This document shows, piece by piece, positions 20,030 through 28,818 of a stretch of 64,000 nucleotides of DNA (the first letter of the stretch is position 1; each line of letters starts with the position of its first letter). Source of the DNA: an uncultured Chthonomonas sp. (GTDB taxonomy: Bacteria; Armatimonadota; Chthonomonadetes; Chthonomonadales; CAJBBX01); assembly GCA_903951425.1 (NCBI GenBank), contig CAJBBX010000127.1, positions 6,452 to 70,451 of the forward strand, written 5' to 3'. The position numbers and the translations under genes are program-made. The notes under the pieces are model-generated. The model ran no database searches. It was not told where the DNA came from and saw only the letters and a list, made by a program, of their open reading frames with translations.

Positions 20030-20938
20030 CTACCGGGCCGCGCTGACGAGGCGCTGAACGATGGTGTCGAACATCGCTACGTAGTCGCCGGCCTGTGGGT
20101 CCGCTCCAACAGCTACGGGCACGAAAGCCGCTGTGGCGCCGCACTGGCCCGCCAGGAGGTCCGGCCATCGCTTGGATCGGAAGGACTCGCACAGGATGAC
20201 CTTGACCCCGGCCCGCTTAATGGATTGCCCTAGGGCGCCCACATGGCCGGGTGACGGCTCGACGCCCGGCTTCGGCTCAAGAACGCCGAACTCGCGGAGC
20301 CCGAACCGAGCCAGGAAGTAGGCCCAGCTCTTATGGAAGGGCACCACATCGCGGCTGGGGAGGCCCTTGAGCGCAGTCGACCAACGCTGCAGGCCAGCCT
20401 TCACGCGCTCCCCGAACTGCAAGAACCGCGAGTGGTAGTAGGCCTGTCCGGCCGGGTCCACCCGGATCAGCGCCGCCGCGATGTTGCCGGCTGCGAGGAT
20501 GCCCTGCGCGGGGTCCAAGAGGTAGTGCGGATTGCCCTCCGGATGCAAGTCGCCCATTGACGGGTCTATCCTTCCGGTTGGGACATCAAGCGCCCTCAGG
20601 CCGCGGGAGCAGTCGGCGTAGCCCTTGCCGTCCGGCTGGACCGACGCGTTCCCGGCGCGATCCAAAAGGGCGTCGGCCCACATGTCGAGGCCCATGCCGA
20701 TGCGAGCAAACACGTCGGCTCGCGAGAGCTTGACGATCATGCTCGGCCGGGCCACCACGTGATGCGGGTCGTCCGACGGGCGCGCAAGCGACTCCACGGA
20801 GGCCCTGTCACCCGCCACCTGCTTGGCGATGTCGGCCAGGTTCGTGTCAACGGCGATGACACGGAGTTCGGCAGCCGCGGCGCTCACGGAGAGCGACGCG
20901 ACCGCACCGGCGATCAGCAGTGCTGCTAGCATTCTCAT
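20030..20938 (-). CDS. metal ABC transporter substrate-binding protein (ZnuA/TroA-like)
   Basis: Signal peptide and cluster-A SBP fold features (DPHHV..., NPHYLLDP). There is no His-rich loop, so Zn versus Mn is unresolved. Confidence 0.85.
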   Translation of the reverse strand: MRMLAALLIAGAVASLSVSAAAAELRVIAVDTNLADIAKQVAGDRASVESLARPSDDPHHVVARPSMIVKLSRADVFARIGMGLDMWADALLDRAGNASVQPDGKGYADCSRGLRALDVPTGRIDPSMGDLHPEGNPHYLLDPAQGILAAGNIAAALIRVDPAGQAYYHSRFLQFGERVKAGLQRWSTALKGLPSRDVVPFHKSWAYFLARFGLREFGVLEPKPGVEPSPGHVGALGQSIKRAGVKVILCESFRSKRWPDLLAGQCGATAAFVPVAVGADPQAGDYVAMFDTIVQRLVSAAR

Positions 20939-20950
20939 GGCGCCCTCCGC

Positions 20951-22237
20951 CTACTGCAGAGGATGCGAGTGGGAACCCGCACCCCAGACGAACTGCAACG
21001 TCAGCTCCGTCAAGCCCCGACGTGCCGGTAGCAGCGCATCGGTAGTCCTGTCGCCGTGCGCGAGTTGCAGCCGCCAGAGCGAACTCTCCGTCATGCGGTT
21101 GGACCAGATGAGCGAGAGCAGGCGCTCGCCTCCCTCCAGGGGCCACGGAAGGCGGCTGTCGTCGTACCGCAGGCCGAACTCACGGTACTGGTCGGGCGCG
21201 TAGAGGGCCGAGACATAGGCGCCGGAGCGAGTATGCGGGAGGCGAGAGCCGGCGTCCTTGCGCGTATGCCACAGCGCTTCGCCCTGGAGTTGCCAACGGC
21301 CGAAGGCGCCGCGCATCTGCTTCAGGGTCACGTCGGCGCCGATGAGCCGCACCGAGTCGCCGCTGTCGGCCTTACCCGCCACCGCGCTCGAGCCGACCTC
21401 GAGTTCCGTGCTCGGGTTCAGCGCCTTGGAGAGCCAAAGCCGACCCATGGGAACCGTGCCGGTGGCTCCAAAGCCGAGCGGCAGCGTAGTACCGGTCACG
21501 TCGGGTCGACTGGCCTCGGCGTCCGATGCGCCAATCTGCACCGCGCCCACTTCCAGATTGGCGAAGAGGGACGGTACCGGCAGAAGCCAGTTCAGCGCCA
21601 CGCCGTTGCCGGCGAGGCCGTCGGGATCGGCCAGGTAGCGTAGCGCACCGGGCGTCTCGGCGTAGGGCGCCGCATGCGGGTGGATAGGGTTCAGCTTGCC
21701 GAACGGCAATCGGCGCTTGCCCAGCGTGCCGCCGAGCCCAGGCACTCCGAGCTTGGTGAACGTGACATAGCCCTCCTCCAGGCCCATGCCGAAGTCCCCC
21801 TCCTCGCCGGCGGCCAGCGTGGAGCGGAACAGCACGCCATCGGCCACGCGCTGCTGCAACGCGAGCTCAAGCTCCGAAATCCGGAACTGGTTCCGAGAGG
21901 GCTCGCCCTTGGCAGTGAGCATCCGGCCGAGGTTGTTGCCGAAGACGGCGATATCAGGCAACGCAGACGCCGAACCGGACTGAGCGGCCTTCCGCGCCGG
22001 CCCGGGCAAGACGACCGCCGGCACCGGCGGACCATCGGTTGTCTGGCCCGTGTCGGCGCCGGAACCGGCCTCGAGCTTGGCCAGGCGCTCCTGTAGTTCG
22101 CGGATCGTCTCGGCCTGCTTGGTCACGATGGCCTTGAGCTGATCCAGATCGGTAGAGCCGCTAGCCTGCGCCGCTACGGGATCGGCAGGCGCAGCAATGG
22201 CAAGGCACAGGGCGATGTACGCCCATATGGTTCGCAT
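20951..22237 (-). CDS. putative outer-membrane beta-barrel porin with N-terminal coiled coil
   Basis: Signal peptide, heptad segment DLDQLKAIVTKQAETIRELQERLAKLEAG, then alternating-hydrophobic strands. HPH and HSH motifs. It lies 12 nt upstream of the znuA-like gene. Confidence 0.6.
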   Translation of the reverse strand: MRTIWAYIALCLAIAAPADPVAAQASGSTDLDQLKAIVTKQAETIRELQERLAKLEAGSGADTGQTTDGPPVPAVVLPGPARKAAQSGSASALPDIAVFGNNLGRMLTAKGEPSRNQFRISELELALQQRVADGVLFRSTLAAGEEGDFGMGLEEGYVTFTKLGVPGLGGTLGKRRLPFGKLNPIHPHAAPYAETPGALRYLADPDGLAGNGVALNWLLPVPSLFANLEVGAVQIGASDAEASRPDVTGTTLPLGFGATGTVPMGRLWLSKALNPSTELEVGSSAVAGKADSGDSVRLIGADVTLKQMRGAFGRWQLQGEALWHTRKDAGSRLPHTRSGAYVSALYAPDQYREFGLRYDDSRLPWPLEGGERLLSLIWSNRMTESSLWRLQLAHGDRTTDALLPARRGLTELTLQFVWGAGSHSHPLQ

Positions 22238-22305
22238 CAGGACTTCCTCTCATCATGGGTAACCGCCGCACTGAGTTGCGCTGACGCGCAGCCATCGCGG
22301 CGAAA

Positions 22306-22647
22306 CTACACTATCGCGCAGTGAGAGGAGGTGACTGGAGGTGCACGCGAGCCGTGGAGGCCCAGGGGCGCTGACTGAGCGCAGACTGAGTACGAGGGGA
22401 CCTTGGCGACGCCCATCTCTGCGGCGGGCTGGAGCGGCCTTGACGGAACAGCGGCGGAAGTCCCGCCTACGGACGACCACGCGCAGACGACGCACGAATG
22501 GCCCGCCTGCCGTGAAAAGCTCCAGGAGGCATGATCGCAACCGTGTCGATGGACCAACGGGGCGCCGTACGCAAACCAGAGCCATGCCGCGAGAGCAAGG
22601 AGGGTCAAGGCACGCAGATGCCGATGTCTGGTGATCGCTAGGGTCAT
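22306..22647 (-). CDS. small membrane-anchored His/Cys-rich protein (DUF2946-like?)
   Basis: Within ORF 22306..22683, the ATG at 22647 gives MTLAITRHRHLRALTLLALAAWLWFAYGAPLVHRHGCDH...HSCVVCAW. One TM helix plus HxH/CxxC-type motifs. The overlapping frame 22253..22687 is Arg-rich junk. Confidence 0.5.
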   Translation of the reverse strand: MTLAITRHRHLRALTLLALAAWLWFAYGAPLVHRHGCDHASWSFSRQAGHSCVVCAWSSVGGTSAAVPSRPLQPAAEMGVAKVPSYSVCAQSAPLGLHGSRAPPVTSSHCAIV

Positions 22648-22740
22648 GGATGTTTCGTGCCGCAAGGGTGGGCATGTGCGCACCCATCAGGCTCAGTATA
22701 CGCCGCTGCGGCGCGATTGTCTCCGCGTAGCCTTGCAGCC

Positions 22741-22767
22741 GCGATGATGCTGTGCCAGAATCATCGC
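22741..22767. promoter_or_regulatory. perfect 8-bp inverted repeat in divergent intergenic region
   Basis: GCGATGAT-N11-ATCATCGC, between the metal-uptake operon (minus strand) and the DUF5693-like/csaB operon (plus strand). Confidence 0.35.
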
Positions 22768-22820
22768 TATGCTAAGCGACCGCACCGGCCTCAGCCGGTT
22801 GCGGCTCCAATGGAGGGTAT

Positions 22821-24803
22821 GTGCTGTCTCTCTACGTCAGGCGCATCGCGTGGGCCTTCTTGGCCGTCGGCATCGCAGCATCGGCCTGGTTGGGCCTTCA
22901 GCGTCACCGCACCGAGGCGCGGAATCGGCGGGTGGAGATATGTATCGACCTGATCCAGGTCCGCACCCTTTCAGCCACGCAAGGCGTCTCGACCGCGGCG
23001 CTCCTCAGACGCTTTGAGGCCCGGGGCGTCTCCTCCGTGGGTGTCAGTGAGCTCACGGTGTCGGAGATGTGCCAGGCAGGGCTCGTTCGCCTTACGTCCA
23101 CCGGCGCCGCCTCCATGCTGCTCTGCTCGAGCCGCGAAGTGGCCGAGCAAGTGGCGTCCGCGCTGGAGGACCGCGGCCTGACCGACCTGGCCACCGAGGG
23201 CCCGATGCCTGACTGTCCGGTCGCTCTGGTTCGGTACGAACCAGTCGCTCCCGGCGACAGTGGCGAACCGGTCACCGTGGCAGCCTTCACGATCGACGCC
23301 GAAACACTGCTCAGCATGGGCGCCGGCCTATCACAGCAGGACTGCGCAGCGGTCCAGCGCGCCGGGCTACGCGTCGTGGCGCGCCTGGGGAGCTTCGCCG
23401 GAGCCGACCTCGCTTCTATGGCGGCCTCGCTCCGATCAGCCCGATCGTTGGGCGCCGACAGCGTCATCTTCACGGGCACCGAGGTGATGGGCTTCCGCAC
23501 AGGAGTGACGGACGCGGCCGAGGCGCTGAAGCGGAGCGGGCTGACCTGGGGCCAGGTTGAATTCGGTAAGCAGAAGGGTGACGAGCGGCTGGCCGAGTTG
23601 ATGGACGGCCGGTTCGTCCGCGTCCACAGCATTGCCGAAGCCGAGCTTGCGCAAATCGCGCCGTCAGAGGCTGTCGAGCGCTTCGTGCGCGCCGCACGCG
23701 AACGCAACATCCGGCTCTGCTACGTGCGCCTCCCCTTCCTCACCGGCCCGGACCCCATCGGCGAGAACCTCGCCATGGTCGGCGGTATCAGCGGCGGCCT
23801 GCGCAAGCGTGGTGAGATGGCAACCGGTCCGGCGAGGCTTTTGGGCAAGCCGGCAGCCCCGGCAGCCATACGCGCACTGGCCGGCCTGGGCGCGGGCGCA
23901 GCCGTCGTCCTGGTTACGCTTGCCCTGCTTGGTGAGGCGAGCCTTCCGGTCGTCGTCGGCTTGGTCCTGGTGGCGATGGCCATTGCCGCAGGCGGCGTGG
24001 CGGGCCACATGGGCGCCAAGGCGGCGGCCCTGATCGCGGCCATCGCCTGTCCCACCCTTGCCGGACTGAGGCTGCTGCCGGGATGCAGCGCCGCTACCGA
24101 AACCAAGACCTCGCCCCCCATCACCGCGGGCCTGAAGGGCCTGCTGGGCGGCACGGCACTGTCGGCGGCGGGCGGGCTCCTCGTGGTGGGCCTGCTATGC
24201 GATCGCGACTTCATGCTCCATACGGAGCAGTTTGCCGGCATCAAGCTGGCCCACGCACTCCCCGTGCTGCTCGTGGCCCTTGCCGCTATGACCGGCCTTC
24301 CCGGGCCCGGCGAGAGCCTGCGCGCCGCCTTCCCGGCGATGAGGGGGCGTGTATCCGACTTCCTATCCAGTCCGCTCCGCGTGGGCATGGTCGGCGGCGC
24401 CCTGGTCGCGCTGATCGCGCTGGCGTTCGCCGTGGCGCGGACCGGCAACGAGCCCGGCGTCGGCGTCTCAGGCCTGGAGCTGCGGTTCCGGTCGATCCTC
24501 GACGCGTTCTTGGTTGTGCGCCCGCGGACGAAGGAGTTCCTGATCGGCCACCCGTTGGTGTTCCTTGGAGTGGCGCTGGCGGCTGCGGGCCGCCGCACCT
24601 GGGCTCCGGCGCTGACCATCGTGGGAATGCTGGGCCTGGTCTCGATCACCAACACGTTCTGCCATATCCACACGCCGGTCCACCTGTCGGTGGCCCGCGT
24701 GGCGATCGGGCTTGTGCTGGGCGGCGCCATCGGCTGCATCGTGTGGGCGTTCCTCTCACGCCGTGTGACCGCCGGCCCGGCAGGCAGCGCCCCGACCGCA
24801 TGA
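22821..24803 (+). CDS. large polytopic membrane protein (DUF5693-like)
   Basis: GTG start behind GGAGGG. One N-terminal TM helix, a ~300-aa soluble domain, then ~8-9 TM helices. My recollection is that csaB-adjacent genes of this shape are annotated DUF5693. Not verified. Confidence 0.7.
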   Translation: MLSLYVRRIAWAFLAVGIAASAWLGLQRHRTEARNRRVEICIDLIQVRTLSATQGVSTAALLRRFEARGVSSVGVSELTVSEMCQAGLVRLTSTGAASMLLCSSREVAEQVASALEDRGLTDLATEGPMPDCPVALVRYEPVAPGDSGEPVTVAAFTIDAETLLSMGAGLSQQDCAAVQRAGLRVVARLGSFAGADLASMAASLRSARSLGADSVIFTGTEVMGFRTGVTDAAEALKRSGLTWGQVEFGKQKGDERLAELMDGRFVRVHSIAEAELAQIAPSEAVERFVRAARERNIRLCYVRLPFLTGPDPIGENLAMVGGISGGLRKRGEMATGPARLLGKPAAPAAIRALAGLGAGAAVVLVTLALLGEASLPVVVGLVLVAMAIAAGGVAGHMGAKAAALIAAIACPTLAGLRLLPGCSAATETKTSPPITAGLKGLLGGTALSAAGGLLVVGLLCDRDFMLHTEQFAGIKLAHALPVLLVALAAMTGLPGPGESLRAAFPAMRGRVSDFLSSPLRVGMVGGALVALIALAFAVARTGNEPGVGVSGLELRFRSILDAFLVVRPRTKEFLIGHPLVFLGVALAAAGRRTWAPALTIVGMLGLVSITNTFCHIHTPVHLSVARVAIGLVLGGAIGCIVWAFLSRRVTAGPAGSAPTA

Positions 24804-25855
24804 GCCTCCGCGGGTTGCTCTGCGGCTACTACGGATGCGGCAACCTGGGCGACGAGGCCGTCCTGGGCGGGATCGTCAACTCGTGGGCGCAGCAGTTCGG
24901 CGACTCGAACGGGCTCGTCGCCCTCTCGGGTGCGCCGGCGTCCACGGAAACATCACATGGCATCCGCGCCGTACCAAGGATGGACGTTCGAGCGGTGCGG
25001 GCGGCCATAGCTGAGACGGATGTGGCGGTCTCCGGTGGCGGCAGCCTATTCCAGGACGCCACAAGCGTCCGGTCGCTGCTCTACTACGCTGGCTACCTCT
25101 GGTTGGCCCGGCGGATGGGCAGGCCGGCAGTGATCTACGCGCAGGGCGTGGGGCCGCTGCGTCGGCCGTTGTCGCGCACAATCACCGCGGCCGCGTTTCG
25201 AACCGCGGCGCTGGTGACGGTTCGCGACGTTGAGTCGGCGGAACTGGTGCGACGGATCGGCGGCGCGGCGGCGCGCCTGGAGGTGACCGCCGACCCGGCC
25301 TTCGCCCTGCCGGAGCGCCCGCAGACGGAACCCAGCGGCGGACTGGCCGTCCTGGCGTTGCGGACGTGGGGTTCGGTTCGGACACCGGCGGACGCGGCCG
25401 AGTCGGTGCGGGCGGTGCGGGCCGAGGGTCTGCACCGCGTGGCGTTGCTGGCCATGCATGCCGGCGAGGATGAAACACTGGCTCGCGAGGCTGCGGCTCT
25501 GGCCGGTGATGGGTGCTTCGTAGCCCAAGTGCCCGACGTCGGCTCGGCGCTCGGCCTGGTGCGTTGCGCCGATCTCGTGGTGGCCATGCGCCTCCACGCA
25601 CTGGTGTTCGCGGTGATGTCGGCTACCCCGGTGGTAGCCCTTTCGTACGACCCAAAGGTGAAGTCCTTCATGAGTTCGGCGAGGCTCTCGGCCTACTGCA
25701 CTGAGGAGTTCGACAGCGCTCGCGTGCAGGCCCTCTGCAAGTCGGCGCTGGTAGCCGCGCCGGAGATCCGAAGGCTGCAGATCGCCCGTAGCGTCGAACT
25801 TCGGCGTGACGCTCTGCGGACGGCGGCCCTGGTGGCCGAGGTCGTCGCTCGATGA
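24800..25855 (+). CDS. csaB: polysaccharide pyruvyl transferase CsaB
   Basis: ORF 24083..25855 carries a spurious 5' extension. The true ATG at 24800 overlaps the upstream stop (ATGA). MSLRGLLCGYYGCGNLGDEAVLGGIV is the CsaB N-terminus. Confidence 0.85.
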   Translation: MSLRGLLCGYYGCGNLGDEAVLGGIVNSWAQQFGDSNGLVALSGAPASTETSHGIRAVPRMDVRAVRAAIAETDVAVSGGGSLFQDATSVRSLLYYAGYLWLARRMGRPAVIYAQGVGPLRRPLSRTITAAAFRTAALVTVRDVESAELVRRIGGAAARLEVTADPAFALPERPQTEPSGGLAVLALRTWGSVRTPADAAESVRAVRAEGLHRVALLAMHAGEDETLAREAAALAGDGCFVAQVPDVGSALGLVRCADLVVAMRLHALVFAVMSATPVVALSYDPKVKSFMSSARLSAYCTEEFDSARVQALCKSALVAAPEIRRLQIARSVELRRDALRTAALVAEVVAR

Positions 25856-28818
25856 ACGGCCGACCCCTCCGCGCTCTGATGCTAACTCTCCTCGTAGCGG
25901 CCGCCGTCCAAGTACCGGGTCAGGAAGCCACCGTGAAGGCGGAGAGCGCATGGGATATCATGCGGCGCATCCGCACGCTGACGCCGGCCGAGATCAAGCA
26001 GCAGCGGGCCGAGCAGGCCAAGGCAGGCGCCAAGAAGCCAACAAAGCCAAAGCGCGGCAAGACCCCGTTCGAGGCAGATAAGCCCAAGAAGGCCGACCGC
26101 CTGCTGGGCGCCCTCCGAAGCCAGTTGCAGAAGATCGGCGAGCAGACCAAGTCCGAAGTGCGCCTACAAGGCTCGCACAACCTCGGCTTCCACATGGAGC
26201 AGGTCAACGGTAGCCGCGACGCCTACGATAGCTCCCAGTACCTCGGCCGGCGCGCCTTGGGCGGCGGCTACACGAGCACAGACCTCGCAGTACGCGGTAA
26301 GCTTTTCGGCGTCCTAAACTTCGAGACGCACTACAGCGACTACATGTACGGCAGTCCGTACGACAACCGCCTCTCGCTCGATTACGTCACCCGCGACTAC
26401 AAGGTGAACGCGGGCGACATCCAGGCGGGCCTGACCGGCAACTCGCTGATCGGCTTCTCCAAATCGCTGAAGGGCATCCAGGTCACGGCCAACCTTGCAC
26501 GCAACGTGCGTCTCACGTCGCTGGTGAGCAAGTCCAAGGCACAGACCCGCACGGTAACCCTGAACGGCGCCAACCGGTCCGGTCCCTACTACGTCTTTGC
26601 CGGCCAGATCGTGGACGGAAGCGAGCGGATACGCGTCAACAACCGCGAACTGGTTAAGGGTACGGATTACACGCTGGATCCCTACACCGGCGAGCTCAAC
26701 TTTCTGAACGGGCTGATCGTGCACGAACTCGATACGATCGCGGTCACGTTCGAGGTCTACAACTACGGCCAGAGCGGCGGCGCCATCATGGGTTGGCGTG
26801 CGGACTACGGCGGCGCGACAGGGCCCAAGGTCGGTTTCAGTATGCTGTCGCAGGTGTCGGGCTCGAACAAGGGCGTCATCAGCCGGACGGAGCAGTTCTA
26901 CGGCTACAACAGCGCAGCCACTCCCTACACGCTGGAACTGCCCGTCGACGTGACACTGGTTTACGATGCCGCGGGCAAGCTGACAGGATGCACCCCCAAG
27001 TACCCGATGACCGTCACCGTGGGCACGCTTCCGCAGGTCTACGGCACGGACTTCGTCGTTGATCCCCTGCTGCCCAACCGCGTCTACTTCCAGTTGCCTA
27101 TTCCCAGCACGCAGATTATCCGGATCACCTATACGCCGGTCACCTCCACCGAGACGCAGGGCGATCGGCAGGTCATGGGCTTCGACGCACAGATGGCCAT
27201 GGGCAAGTCGGGCACCATCACGGCGGAGATGGCCTCCAGCAAGCTCTCCCTCTCGTCCGGCCCGTCCAGCGGAACCGCGGTACAGATCCGCGGCGAGAAC
27301 CGCCTCGCCGGTGAGAAGCTGCGGCTCAACTGGGTCTACAAGAACATCTCGCCCGCCTTCACGGCAGTGGAGAGCCCGGGGTTCAACCGCAACGAGCGCG
27401 GCATCCAGACCGATATCGCCTACACGCCGTCCAAGCGCGTGAGTATCACGGCGAACTACCAGCGGTCGCGCAGGCCGCAGTACTCGTACTCCACGTCGAG
27501 TACGGGCGGCCTGGCCGCCTCCACCGGGATGGATGACTACAACCAGAACGGCATCACAGGCAAGTGGGAGCTCGGAAAGGGAAGCCTCAGCGTCAGCCAC
27601 AACTCGATGAACACCACCTACAGTGGCGGAACAGGCAGCAGCGTCATGCAATCGGACACTTTGGCCTACACGACCAATACCGGGCCATGGGGAGTTGACC
27701 TGTCGCTAGGCCGCAATGTCAACCGCTCTTCCGGCTCCTACTCGTCCAGCGTGGGCGCCACGGCCACGAGCTACAACACTGACGCGTTGACCTCTCGCCT
27801 GGGCGTGCGATGGAAGCCCGGCGAGCGCTACTCGGTCGATGCACAGATATCCGACAGCATCATGAAGAGCGGCACCGGCGGCAGCAACAACGCGCTGGAC
27901 CTGCAACTCACCGGGCGTATTGTCCCGATGAAGGCCCTGCAGCTGACGCTGAACCTCCAGAAGCAGGACAGCGGCGGCTACTCGATCTTCAACAGCACGA
28001 CGGGATCAGCGACCAGCGCCCCCGGCCTGACGGGCCAGTTGCAGTCCTACTACACCGGCGGCACCTATGGCGGAGGCGGCTTCAACACCGGGCTCGGCGG
28101 ATCTGGCAACTACAGCGGCGGCTTCAACTCGGGGTACTACGGCATGGGCAGCGGCTCCTTCGGCGGCAACTCCCGAATGATGGGTCTGACGGTGAGCTAC
28201 CAGCCCGCGGGCGCCCTGTCGCTGGAGGCCCAGATACGCACCAGCGCCAGCGCCGGCGACTACATGTACAACAGCAAGCGCAACGACCTTTCTATGAGCG
28301 CCACGTACAACGCCGGCGAGCGGCTCTCGCTCAGCAGCGGCCTGATGCTGCAGAAGGTCACCTACCTGGGAACCGAGGGCGGCAGCAACAACATGGGCGT
28401 CTTCATGAATGCCCGCGGCAAGCCATGGGGCAAGCTGATCACCGATCTGAGCCTCTCGATCCAGAACACCACCAGCACGGCCACCACGGACGCGACGGGG
28501 ACCGGAGGCTACACCGGCGGCTACGGGACCTACTTCGGCTCCGGCGGCACCAACCTGGCCTCCGTGCGGACCCGACTGGAGTACCCGGTCTGGCACGCCA
28601 CCAACGTCTTCGCCGAATACGAGCACTCCAACAGCACCGGCTACCTGGCTGCGCTCGCCCGCCGCTTCAATATGGGACTGGTGTTCGACATGGGCCGCCA
28701 GCTCCGGCTCCAGGTGGGCATGAGGCACCAGCAATCGATCAGCCACGACACATCCACCAGCGGGAACTACAGCTACTCCGTCAGTTCCTTTGACGCTGAC
28801 CTCGGCCTTAACTTCTAG
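25852..28818 (+). CDS. 988-aa secreted beta-barrel outer-membrane protein, unknown family
   Basis: ATGA overlap with csaB. Signal peptide, Lys-rich helical segment, long amphipathic-strand region with Gly/Tyr/Ser/Asn loops, and C-terminus ...DADLGLNF (terminal Phe as in OMPs). Confidence 0.65.
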   Translation: MNGRPLRALMLTLLVAAAVQVPGQEATVKAESAWDIMRRIRTLTPAEIKQQRAEQAKAGAKKPTKPKRGKTPFEADKPKKADRLLGALRSQLQKIGEQTKSEVRLQGSHNLGFHMEQVNGSRDAYDSSQYLGRRALGGGYTSTDLAVRGKLFGVLNFETHYSDYMYGSPYDNRLSLDYVTRDYKVNAGDIQAGLTGNSLIGFSKSLKGIQVTANLARNVRLTSLVSKSKAQTRTVTLNGANRSGPYYVFAGQIVDGSERIRVNNRELVKGTDYTLDPYTGELNFLNGLIVHELDTIAVTFEVYNYGQSGGAIMGWRADYGGATGPKVGFSMLSQVSGSNKGVISRTEQFYGYNSAATPYTLELPVDVTLVYDAAGKLTGCTPKYPMTVTVGTLPQVYGTDFVVDPLLPNRVYFQLPIPSTQIIRITYTPVTSTETQGDRQVMGFDAQMAMGKSGTITAEMASSKLSLSSGPSSGTAVQIRGENRLAGEKLRLNWVYKNISPAFTAVESPGFNRNERGIQTDIAYTPSKRVSITANYQRSRRPQYSYSTSSTGGLAASTGMDDYNQNGITGKWELGKGSLSVSHNSMNTTYSGGTGSSVMQSDTLAYTTNTGPWGVDLSLGRNVNRSSGSYSSSVGATATSYNTDALTSRLGVRWKPGERYSVDAQISDSIMKSGTGGSNNALDLQLTGRIVPMKALQLTLNLQKQDSGGYSIFNSTTGSATSAPGLTGQLQSYYTGGTYGGGGFNTGLGGSGNYSGGFNSGYYGMGSGSFGGNSRMMGLTVSYQPAGALSLEAQIRTSASAGDYMYNSKRNDLSMSATYNAGERLSLSSGLMLQKVTYLGTEGGSNNMGVFMNARGKPWGKLITDLSLSIQNTTSTATTDATGTGGYTGGYGTYFGSGGTNLASVRTRLEYPVWHATNVFAEYEHSNSTGYLAALARRFNMGLVFDMGRQLRLQVGMRHQQSISHDTSTSGNYSYSVSSFDADLGLNF

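Noticed and set aside
22669-22686. GTGCGCAC palindrome / TGGG-N10-CCCA dyad just upstream of the His/Cys mini-gene as a Zur/Fur box.
   Set aside because: It is GC-rich and imperfect, unlike the known AT-rich Zur/Fur operators. There is no second copy in the window.
24083-24799. 5' extension of the csaB ORF, and similar extensions of the pntAA ORF (40888..41844) and of the rsmG, pth, pyrE, NlpC/P60 and tgt ORFs.
   Set aside because: The extensions overlap well-supported neighbouring genes or tRNAs and translate to Arg/Pro-rich junk. Internal start codons with good Shine-Dalgarno sites match the family N-termini.
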